A program made the translations under genes and the position numbers. A DNA stretch of 64,000 nt from Mobula hypostoma. Taxonomy: Eukaryota. The notes under the pieces are model-generated. The model made no database searches. It saw nothing but the letters and a program-made list of their open reading frames with translations, and was not told the origin of the DNA. This document shows, piece after piece, positions 13,228 through 24,141 of the stretch; within the stretch, counting starts at the first letter, position 1, and each line of letters opens with the position of its first letter. The stretch lies in NCBI RefSeq assembly GCF_963921235.1, contig NC_086125.1:20336001-20400000 (forward strand), read 5' to 3'.

Positions 13228-16200
13228 TGGTTCCCTCCCCAAGCATCCTGCAGTACAAGAAGCCCGGACAAGTGCCGGTGAATCGCTGTTCCACACCAGT
13301 CTGGCCACATACAGGGGAGTGGCAGGACAATGGGATTGAGGAATTCACCTTTAGTCCACGAAGGTTGAGATTATGTCTAGGCAACAAAGTGTCAGCAGAG
13401 TAGGGGCTTTGATAATATTGCGATAATACAGTTAGAAAATTCACAAGTATAAACAAAAATCTGGGGTCACGGGCGTGCAGGAGGCATGAGAGAAGTGGCC
13501 CCATAGATAGGGGAGTCGGTGAGACTGGAGGTCAAGGTCTCGTGGTCAGAGTCCGGTCATCGGCGAGCCCAGAGCTCGAGCCCTGGAGTTCAGGGTTATC
13601 ACTCGAAGCCCCGTTATCGGCGAGTCCTGGGGTCAATACAAAGCCCAAAGGTCAATTGGAGTCAAGAAGATGAGGCCCAACGGCCAAAGCCCTGACTCTG
13701 GGAATCCACTGGGGAAGCCGGAGGACCAATGCCTGTGAATCCCCGGGTCCACTGCAGGCTGGAGGCGGCCTGTCCTGGGTTCCGAGACTATATATGTGCA
13801 TGGGACTCACTCTCCTGCTGGTGTCTTGGGCTCATTGTGTTCTGTTTTGCTGTGTTCTGTGTTGTTCTGCCCAGCATGGCGGGTACGCTATATTGTTGCC
13901 AGAATGCGTGTTTGCTCCCAGCACATCCTTAGCTTGTGTCTGTTAATGCAAATGCCACATTTGTGTATGTGATAAATAAATTAATCTGAATCTCAAAAGC
14001 ACTGAGCACTGGGACATTCCCCTGGACAACTCCAACTCCAAAAAGAAGTGGTTTCCAATGTCGCCATGCTTTGATGCGGGGTAGCAGGGGTATTTTACTG
14101 AATACGAACAGAGTGAGCTCTTATTCAAGAAGGTCAAGACCCTGTGGATTGAATCATTATGACACTGACAATGACCACGTTGACCGCTCTCTCCTTCAGC
14201 TGTTTCACCTTGCAGGAACCACGGAAAATCACCTGAGGCAGGACAGTAAGGGCATCCGTTAGTCTTGCGAGACCATGGATCTGCGCCTGGAAAGTCTTCA
14301 CTCTCCAGGGCGCAGGCCTGGACAAGGTTGTATAGAAGACCGGCAGTTGCCCATGCTGCAAGTCTCCCCTCTCCACGACACCAATGTTGTCCAAGGGAAG
14401 GGCATTAGGACCCATACAGCTTGGCACCAGTGTCGTCGCAGAGCAATGTGTGATTAAGTGCCTTGCTCAAGGACACAATACACGTTGCCTCGGCTGGGGC
14501 TCGAACTCGCGACCTTCAGGTTGCTAGTCCAATGCCTTAACCACTTGGCACAGTAGCTTAGTGTTTAACACAGTGCTTCACAGCACCAGCGACCCAGGTT
14601 CAATACCCACCACTGCCTGGGAGGAGTTTGTACGTTCTCCCGGTGACTGTGTGGGTGCTCCAGTTTCCTCCCACAGTCCAAAGGCATAGCGATTGGTCAT
14701 TGAAAACTGCCCGTGATTAGGTTAGGGTTAAGTTGGGGTAGCTAAGCTGCTGCAGCTCAAAGGGCCACAAGGCCCACTTCGTGCTCTATCTCTCTTCATT
14801 TCAAGATGGTGGGGGGAAGCACTGGCTTTGTGCTAAACACTTGCTCTTGATTCTAATGGGGAATGGTATTGGGTGGACTGTCATCCAGGTACACATCAGT
14901 CCTCAGCAGAAGTGATTCTTTCCCAAGAGTCATCATGTGTCATGGTGGAGAGGCCTCGGCATTCCTGAGATCCCGAGAGTGATCCCATCTGCAGCTTAGC
15001 TCCTGGCTGGGTCACCCATGGCAGTAGGTTCCAGACAAAGAGCGATCCAACCAAGACCTCAACGGTGGAGCTGGTGGGAGATGATGACACATCACAACAG
15101 CAGTGAATGAGGAGGAAGGCTGCAGAAGTGAAGGGTCCGCAGTCATCTTGCACTCCACGTCACTGGGCCCTGACCCCAATCAGTCAATTACCTTCCCCAT
15201 CCCAAAGACATGGGTTACTAAGTTAATTAGCTTCTGCAATCTTTCCCCAGTGGAGAACTGGGGAAGCAGCATGGAAACCGGCCTTTCTGCCCATCGAGTC
15301 CGTGCTAACCATCAGGCATCCACTTTATCCTCCTTCACACTCCTATTAACTCTTCCCCAGACCTACACGAGGGTCAATTTACAGAAGCCATTTAACTTGC
15401 CAATCTGCACAGTTTCTGGATGTGGGAGGAACCAGAGCACCCAGAGGAAACCAACACGGTCACAGGGAGAATGTACAAACTTCTTACAAAGACAGTGCCG
15501 GAAATCGATCGGTGGCACTGTAGAACGCTGTGCTCCGGGAGTGCCATTAGCCAGAGGACGTTTTGCCATCGGCCCTGTGCCTTTGTGTTTCCCTTCACTG
15601 CACGAGGCGCTCTGCTGACCTCATTTACTGCAATTGATGTGAAATACTTCCAACTGCTTCCTGCTCCATAGAAAAACATTTCCTCCCGAGACCTGTGAGC
15701 ATGAAAAGAATCCGACATCTGACATAAATGTCCCCCTCGGTTATTCAGGAAGCAATGACTAATTGCCAAGTAGTCGTTTTCTTTTATTTAAGACAAACAT
15801 TACAAGAAAAGCAAAACCAATATGAACTCGTGACCCTGAATACCAACAATATCTTGACTTTGGTCGTGTTTCCTGTTTGACCACAGTGTTGCCACATCTG
15901 CCTGATCTCATCGGCTTGGTTTTCACCAGCCCAGCATCTGTGCCTTCTTACACTGGCTCGTGGCACCCCGGAGTTCAACGTTTGTCCCAGAAGAAGCTAT
16001 GAGAACATTTAGAAAAACCAAGCAGGCCCTAAACGGCCTCGTCTTCTTGTTGTGTCCACATTTCCAGCTGCTTTGATCTGTCAATTTCATTAATTGACCT
16101 TAGTTGAATACCAGCTGTAAATACTAAAATAAAACCAACAAGTGGCTGCTGTTAATGTACGGCTCGCCAAGTGCATGGCTTCTCATGCATGAGATGTAGA

Positions 16201-17103
16201 CTGGTTGTGAATCGCTGGTGTGGCTCAGGATTAGGTTCAAGGAGTTGTTCAGGAAGATTCAGTCACTCTCTCCATGGGCATCTGCTCAGACATGAAGTTC
16301 TGAGATTCCTAAAGGCCATCACTGCCTAATGAGGAATAAATCTCCTTGTGAAGCTGCCTGCGTGGTTCAGAGATGCAGCATCGAGCTGCAGAGATGTGAC
16401 TTTCTGCAGCCGGACCACGGCTCCCCCTCCTGCCGTAACATTACGGGGGCCGTGATTGTGTAGCGGTCAGTGCAACGCTCCTACAGTCCCAGGTGTCAGA
16501 GTTCAGAGTTCAACTCTGGTGCCATCTGTAAGGAGTTTGTATGGGTTTCCCCCGGGTGTTCCGGTTTCCTCCCACAGTGCAAAGCCGTACCAGTCAATAG
16601 GTTAATTGGTCTTTGCAAACAATCCCGTGATTAGGCCAGCATTAAATTGGGGGGTGGCTGGGTGGCACAGCTCAGAGGGCTGGAAGGGCCTGTTTTGTGC
16701 TGTATCTCAATCTCAGGCTGGGGATTACTAGGTGAGCTGTTGGGTGGCACCGCTCGCTGGACTGGAGCAGTGTTCCATGCTGTATCTCTAAATAACTAAA
16801 TAAATAACAAGCATCTCGATCGCATCTCATCTATTTCCTCCATCTCTGCGCTCACTCTCTCCTCTCCACTCCTAGTCAGGGCAATATCACAGCTTTCTGG
16901 TCCTCAGCTCAAACCCCAGCGGCATCTGCACTCAAAGGGTCAACCCTCGGAAGAGGAAGATGGAAGTAACCCAGTGGGAAGGTGTGGACGTCAGTGGATA
17001 CCATGGGCTTTATCCCATCTCAGTGTCAAAGCAATAAGCACTTACATTTGTGGAAATACTTTCCCATTGTCTCTCATCTACACTACTCCAGATATGGCCA
17101 TTC

Positions 17104-17275
17104 AAACCTGTGGCATCTCCTCCTCCATCATTCACATCTGTAACATCATCCTCCTTCATCCACATCTGTGGCATCTCCTCCTTCATTCACATCTGCAACA
17201 TCTCCTTCATTCACATCTGTAACATCATCCCCCTTCATTCACAACACCTCCTCCATCATTCACATCTGTAGCTTC
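17104..17275. repeat. Degenerate minisatellite, ~21-29-bp unit, about 6 copies
   Basis: Repeated CACATCTGT(GG/AA)CATCTCCTCCTTCATT. Confidence 0.85.
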
Positions 17276-17859
17276 ACCTGCCCAAACAAATCTTTCTTAA
17301 TATTGTTCACACATGTAGCAATGGGTCCCTATTTATTCACGTCTGTAGAAGGATCTTCCCACTAGCTCACACCACCTTCCCAATGATACACGTCTGTTGA
17401 ACCACTGACCCGTGCAGAGTGAAGCCAAGCCAGTGGATCTAACTGAGACCTACGCTGAAGGCATGGTCGCTAAGTTGCTGCTCCGGTTTCTCAGAGCCCA
17501 AGTCAAAATCCCACCCAGGCAGCTAAGGAACTTAAATTCATGTAATTAACTAAGCCGGGAATCAAAAAGCAATTTCAGTAGTGATAAACACAGAACCAGT
17601 TTCTATGTGGTTAGAATCCCTTCAGGTTCACTAAAGCCCTTTCAGTCCAGCTCCAAACCCCATAGTGTAATTAGAACATAGAACATAGAACAGTATAGCA
17701 CAATACAGGCCCTTCAGCCAGGTTCCACAATATTGTGCCAACCTTTTAACCTACTCCAAAATCAATCCATCCCTTCCCTCCTCCGTAGCCCTCCATTTTT
17801 CTTTCATCCATGTGCCTATCTGAAACTTCTTAAATGTCCCCAATTTTCTTTAATTGAGA

Positions 17860-18095
17860 TGTGGCAGGGAACAGCAATCCCCTGATTTAATCTGAGCCAA
17901 ATCACAGGACAACTTACGATGACCAATTAACCTACCAACCGGTAGGCCTTTGGACTGTGGGAGGAAACCAGAGCACCCGGTGGAGACCCACATGTTATGG
18001 GGAGAACATATCAACTCCTTGCAGGCAGCGATGGGAATTGAACCTGGGTCATCTGTACGGTAAAGCGTTGTGCTAACCACTATGCTACCGTGCCA
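17860..18095 (-). mobile_element. HE1/V-SINE-type repeat (representative of roughly 20 copies in the window)
   Basis: tRNA-like head plus the V-domain GGGTGCTCTGGTTTCCTCCCACAGTCCAAAG. Other copies near 85-260, 1155-1380, 9085-9390, 14550-14790, 16447-16790, 26945-27215, 36025-36290, 39650-39930, 54660-54980, 60240-60440. Confidence 0.8.
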
Positions 18096-19383
18096 ACATA
18101 GTTATCTGCCCCTATCTTAGCTGTCTAAGTCAACTTAGTTGACTTTTAATTCCTTCTTAATTCAGGAATACTGTATGTCAGCCTTGCAGCCAAACACACT
18201 GAAAGTGTAGAAAAACGAGTCTGATTTCCATTCTCACTCTTTTCACATTGAGTTTCACTTAGTCCTTCATTATTCCAATGGAATAATGATTAGGGCAATA
18301 ACAACAAATTAAGCCTCTCCGGGATATTGGACAGGAAGGATCATGGCATTTGGGTTGTATGGAATTGAGGTGACTAGCAGAAACAAGGGGCTTCAATCAC
18401 TCACATTCACTCTGGCATTCTTAAGGGAAAGAAGAAGAGGGTTTCCCCACGTTACAAACACCCGTTTCAAACGACTGAGCGTTTGGATAGTCATGGGATG
18501 GATGGGGATGGATTCACCGGGTGCTGTAGCTTTCCCACATCCTTTATCTCCCCCACCCCCGCCACAGCAGTGTGGTGGGGTTGCTGGACTGTGCCGAGCA
18601 AAGCTGAGAGAGTTGAGCAAACTCTCTGTCAGTGAGGCCGACTGGCGGCTGGTCACTCCTCCCGTTCCTGCTCATTCTCCCGTCACCACTGCTTCTGCGA
18701 TCTTCCCTCGCGCACTGTTTCTTGTTACGTCCAGCAGAAAAAATTCAGGTTACAAGAAGTTCCTGGGAATGGAATCTCGTCGTAACTCGGTCTCTGCCTG
18801 TAGAGTGAAGTCTGTTGTGGGGCAGAAACATCAGTACAAACCTGATGGGCCGAATGGCCTATTTCTATATTCTACATTCACTTACAATATTAGGTCCTGG
18901 TTGGGAAAGGGTTACTCAGTCACAGTAAAGACTCCACCCAAAGGAAGCAGACCGACAGAGACCCGAGACGGTGTGAATCTCTGCAAGTCCGCCGGGGATG
19001 TCAGCAAATCCACAAGTCTGCTGGAGGATAGCGGCCAAAGACAGTCTCCGTTTTGTTGTGTTCTGATGAGCGTACTGCCCCCCACACATCCTTGGGAGTA
19101 CTGATTATTCACCAAATGACATATTATGCTGTATATGTGATAAATAAATCTTAATCGGAATGTAGATGCCGGAAATCGGGAGCAACACACACAGAGTGCT
19201 GGAGGAACTCAGTGGATCAGAATGGACAGTCGACGTTTCGGGTCAAGATCCTTCACCCGGTCCTGACAAAGGGTCTCGACCCCAAACACTGACAGTTCGC
19301 TTCCCTTCACGCCCGACCTGCTGCGATTCCCCTAACATTTCGTGAGTGTCGATCCCTCCCGAGGAAGCCACGCGCGCTCTCAC

Positions 19384-19719
19384 CTGGCAAGCAGGCACAC
19401 TCGTAGGTCAGATCGCCGGTCTGCCGGCAGGTTCCTCCGTTCTGGCACTGTGAGGGAGCGCAAGGGACGTAGACGCTCTCGCACTGGCGCCCGGTGAGGC
19501 CGGCCGGGCACTGGCAGTGGAACGTGCCGGGGGCGTTGACGCACAGCCCTCCGTTCCTGCAGAGCTTTGGTGCCTTGCACTCGTCGATGTCCGTACGGCA
19601 GTGCTTCCCCGTGAAGCCAGGGGCGCAGGTACAGTTATAGCGGTTGTTCCAGTTGCTGCAGCGGGCTCCGTTGGCACAAGGGTTTGTGGCACAGGCGTCG
19701 ACCTGCGAGCAGTTCACTC
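19384..19719 (-). CDS. notch3: Notch3 internal exon (exon 4 equivalent; EGF3-5)
   Basis: Within ORF 19307..19750: GVNCSQVDACATNPCANGARC...CRQTGDLTYECACLPG. CAG/GTGAG boundaries, 336 bp, phase 1-1. Confidence 0.95.
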
Positions 19720-20167
19720 CTGAGCAGGCAAAAAAAAAAGAGGGCATCACAGCTCATCACCAAGGAATGGAGAAGTCCTGTGTAAGCGGCAAAACCCCAT
19801 CAATACTTTTCTAGTTTTTATTTAGAGATACAGCACAGTAACACACCCTTCCAACACAATGAGCCCACGCTTCCCAATCGCACTATGTGACTGATTAATC
19901 TGCTATCCCATACGTCTTTGGAATGTGGGCGGAAACTGGAGCACCCAGAGGAAGAAGAGGTCATAGAGAGAATAGACAAACTCCGTATCGACAGTGGTGG
20001 GAATCGAACCTGGCGGCGGCGGGGGGGGGGGGGGGATCTGTAATCATGTTCTGCTAACTCCTATGCTTTTGTACCACCTCTTTAAAACAATCTCTTTTTG
20101 AATGCTAGAACGGCTCATTTAAATGGAATACCAGGGAATGCAGATACTAGACATGCCCGGGCATCAT

Positions 20168-20206
20168 CCCTGATGAAGATGGCGGAGTTTGTTATTGAAA
20201 CGTCGG
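20168..20206 (+). ncRNA. Minimal hammerhead motif of a second, different family
   Basis: CC CUGAUGA A GAUGGC GGAGUUU GUUAUU GAAA CGUC GG: intact core, 6-bp stem II containing GU pairs, weak stem I. Confidence 0.6.
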
Positions 20207-21934
20207 TTACAATTAATATCTGTACCCGGCTGGAAGCCCTAGTAGAGCTTATTCAAACACATGAATACTTGGAGACACAGTGCGTTATGCACTATCTCAG
20301 GAAGGAAATGGACAGGCGATGTTTTAAATCAAGACGCTTCATCTGGGTGTAGAATGGATGTCCAGGTGAAGGATCTTGTCCTAAAACATCAACTGTCAGA
20401 GCCGGAATGTGTGGTGACATTTGTGGGCTGCCCCAGACCATTCTTAGGCATTTCGGTTGTCAACGCCAATGACACACTTCGCTGTATGTTTCCATGTGAT
20501 GGGTACATCTGAATCTGAAGCTGTTCGTTCCTCTCCGTAGATGCAGCCTGACCTGCTGAGTTCCTCCAGCATTTTGTGTGTTACCTCACTCAAGTGGCTG
20601 CCCTTATGGGGCAAGTTTGATCGGGGGCCAGAGGCGTTTGGATGTCACAGAGTCATTCCGCAAGGAAACGTGCCCTGAGACTACACCAACCATCAAGCAC
20701 CCATTTACGTGAATCCTTACATACTCATCCTCTCAGCACTCAACCTGATGAACCCCGCCACTGATCTGCTCGACAGATGCACACTAAGCCCCACAACCAT
20801 CCAGGGCTCCGGACTTGGTGCTTGAAGCGGGGATTGGACCAAGGGGCTCTCTTCAACTGGTGCAGATACAATAGGCCAAGTGGTCACTCTCTCATATCTA
20901 AAGTTATCCAATTCTTTGACCGCAGGGCTGCCTGTACTTCCAAGCATCACCACCAGATGGCAGTGAGCAATGGGAACCCAGACTGTCCCACACAAAGTGC
21001 AGTGGCTACTTCCAGTCCAGTGGCAACTGGCCAGCACAGCAGTGACGACAGTCTAATTCTGGCTCCCCGTGGTCCACAAGATCATCACAACTATACCTAA
21101 CCACAGTGGTACTGTACTGTGGTGCCCCCAGTTTTAAGATAGAATGTGGTTTACTCTGCACAACACCATACAACATAGAACAACACAGCACAATACAGGC
21201 CCTTCGGCCTACGATGTTGTGCCGACATTTTAACCTTCTCCAAGATCAATCTAACTCTTTCCCCATATATACCCTTCTATTTTTCTTTCATGTACCTATC
21301 AAAAAGTCTCTTAAATTATCTAATGTACCTGTCTCCACCACCACCCCTGGCAGTGTGCTCTATGCACCCACCACTCCCGGTGTAAGCATGGAAGCATCCA
21401 AAGCCAAGGGGTGAAGAGAAGGAGAGTGGAAGGAAAGTTTTCACCCAAAGGGTGGCTGCAATCTGGAACACACTGCCTGAGAAGGTGATGGAGACAGTTA
21501 CCCCCTCAGCATTTAAAAAGCATCTGACAGAGCAACTGAATGGCTGAGGTACATAAGGCTGTGAAAAGTCTCATGGCAGGTCTGACCGCGTGCTGGGGGA
21601 AAGCCACGTCTCACTCAGACATAACACACAACAATCTCTCATTTCCCCCTGATATAGCAATCTTGCCCTCAGGCCCTCAACTGAGCACATCTACACGAAA
21701 GCAACATCCATCATCAAGGACCTCTCACACCCAAGGCCAGTTACTTGTTCCCGTACAATCACCAGTACTCATAAGCAGCCATGAAAAGTTTCAAATGCCA
21801 CCTCCCTCCCCACCTTCAGACCGGGCCTACTTCATGTGCAGGAGCACTGGGCATCAATGCTCTGCCTCAGCAGACATCTCCACAATAGCTTTACTGTTAA
21901 AAGCATCGCCATCACCGACACAGCAGAGACTTAC

Positions 21935-22077
21935 CTCGGAACCCTCGCGTGCAGCTGCAGGAGTACCGCGCCGAGCCGTCCACCACCGAACTGGAGCATA
22001 TTCCTCGGTTTAAACACGGTGACCTTTGACACGGATCAGGAAACTGGCACAGGTCCCCAAGGTAACCAGGCCGACAC
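21935..22077 (-). CDS. notch3: Notch3 internal exon (human exon 3 equivalent; end of EGF1 plus EGF2)
   Basis: Manual translation CRPGYLGDLCQFPDPCQRSPCLNRGICSSSVVDGSARYSCSCTRGFR(G) aligns with human NOTCH3 [48 protein letters not shown]. CAG acceptor, GTAAG donor, 143 bp. Not in the ORF track. Confidence 0.93.
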
Positions 22078-22559
22078 CTGAACAAACCGAGAAAAAGAGG
22101 AGGCCTTAGCTGCTTTCGTGTTCTTTTTAAATAACAAGGTCATGAAAAGCCAGATTATATACAACAACAAAAAAGAGTAAGCCACTTGGCCTTTCAATCC
22201 TGCCCTACTATTTTACCTGATCATGGCTGATCAGCCCGAGGCCTCATCTTCTGTGTCGGTTCTCCACAGCCACCAAATCCCAAATCGCTCAAAAAATACT
22301 TAAGCATCCTCTCTAACTATCCCCCAACGACCCGTCCTCTACAGGGTAGGGAACGTGAATGAAACCACACACAGGTCTGTATCACAAACAGAACACACAG
22401 CGTGGGAGTGTAACGCTTTACAGCACCAGCAATAAGGTTTCTATTTCTGCCGCTGTCTGTAAGGAATTTCCACATTCTCCCTGTGGTTTCCTCCAGCTTC
22501 TCTGAGTTCCTCCCACATTCCAAAGCCCTCGAGGTTACAGTTAGTAAGCTGTGGGCACA

Positions 22560-23061
22560 TAGGGCTGCCAACTGTCCCATATTAGCCGGGACATCCCATA
22601 TATTGGGCTAAATTGTTTCATCCCATAGGGGACTGCCCTTGTCCCATATTTCCCCCGCTAAGGTAAGAGTGTTCCTATGAAACCTTTCGTGCTGAAATGG
22701 TGTAAAGTGAATTAATTTATATGGGAAAAATTTTTGAGTGTTCCCAGACCCAGAAAATAACCTACCAAATCATAGCAAATAACACATAAAACCTAAAATA
22801 ACACTAACATATAGTAAAAGCAGGAATGATGTGATAAATACACAGCCTATATAAAGTAGAAATAATGTAGGTACAATGCAGTGGGGAAGATTAAGCCAAA
22901 ACCGATTTGTGGAAAAAAAATCAGCACGTAGACGCATGCGCACACAGGCGCCCGCGCAAGGCTTCATGGTCATGGTAGTCTTTCTCGGGGTAAACACAAG
23001 TGTCCCGCATTTGACTGCTACTTTTGTCCCTTGTATGGGAGTGAGAAAGTTGGCAACCCTA
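22560..23061. mobile_element. Non-autonomous hAT DNA transposon (MITE) inside a SINE
   Basis: TIRs TAGGGCTGCCAACT / AGTTGGCAACCCTA; 8-bp TSD TGGGCACA at 22552-22559 and 23062-23069. Confidence 0.88.
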
Positions 23062-23477
23062 TGGGCACACTAAGCTGGTGCTGGAAGCATGGCCATGCTG
23101 CCCCCAGCACATCGCCGACTGTGTTCAACGTTGACACAAACGACACATTTCACTGTACAGTATGTTTCGGGGTGCATGTGACAAATAATACTAATCTTTT
23201 ATGTTTTAAATGCGGGGGATTTAATTTTTTTTTTAATTCACCTTAGTAGCGGTAACGCTGTAGTTGCCAGACTGTTGTGAAAATGCATTGTGATCAAGAG
23301 TGCCCTTCAAGAGAGGAAAGCACCTCCCCTCATGTGACCACAGACTCACAGTGTGATTGGCTCCTAACTATGCCGCCCACCCTCCCCACCTCCGTTCAGG
23401 GACAACCAAGGTTGGGCGATAAATGCTGGCGTTGCCCGTAACATCCACATTCTTTGGCTTTCACCAAATGGGCCAAA

Positions 23478-24141
23478 GGGGAGGAGAAGATGGCGGCACG
23501 ACGGAGTGCACGCGGCCGCTCCGGAATGATTATCAGTATTTGTTAGGTAGATACCATGCACAATCCTGATTTGATGGAGACAGCCGTGAGGAACACGGAG
23601 GAACATCTGGAGAAACTTCTGAAATGCCTGCTTCGCTGCCACTGCTACTGTGCGATCGAGAATCTCCAGAGGGGAAGGCCCTAAATCCTCGGCTTTGCCT
23701 ATTGAATGTTGCTGGGGCCGGGGTCGAAGCACTCGGTGGTGGTGTCAGAGGACTGGTCGGAGGCTCGAAGTTTTCGGACGGACTCGAGTTGGCTGTGGTC
23801 GGGTGCTTCCAGGATGCTGCATCGGCAAGTTTGCGGTGCTGGAGGTTCATGGCAGGGAGGGTTTTTCTTCCTTATACCGTCTGCGTGAGATGGGACTTTC
23901 GAGAGACTTTGGGACTTTATTTTACCGTGCCCATGGTCTGTTCTTTATCAAATTACAGTATTGCTTTGCACTGTTGTAACTATATGTTATAATTATGTGG
24001 TTTTTGTCAGTTTTTCAGCCTTGGTTTGTCTTGTGTTTCTGTGATATCATACTGGAGGAACATTGTAACATTTCTTAATGCATGCATTACTAAATGACAA
24101 TAAAAGAGGACTGAGTGTCCTCATAATCTAATCTAATCTAA
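23478..24141 (+). mobile_element. ~650-bp non-autonomous LINE-like retroelement, full-length copy 2
   Basis: Same 5' head and (CTAAT)n tail as copy 1. Confidence 0.8.

Noticed and set aside
17104-17275. CRISPR-like or His-rich coding repeat
   Set aside because: Contiguous degenerate tandem units without unique spacers in a vertebrate intron; an ordinary minisatellite.
18343-19104. 253-aa plus-strand ORF
   Set aside because: No recognisable domain, crosses repeat fragments and is antisense within a notch3 intron; most likely a chance ORF.
20744-20790. CTGATGA as a hammerhead core
   Set aside because: No suitably placed GAAA or pairing stems nearby.
4309-22077. Assignment to notch1 or notch2
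   Set aside because: The 143-bp exon going straight from EGF2 (SSVVDGSARYSC) into the next exon, and motifs such as [15 protein letters not shown] and [19 protein letters not shown], fit Notch3, which lacks the extra EGF segment present in Notch1/2.
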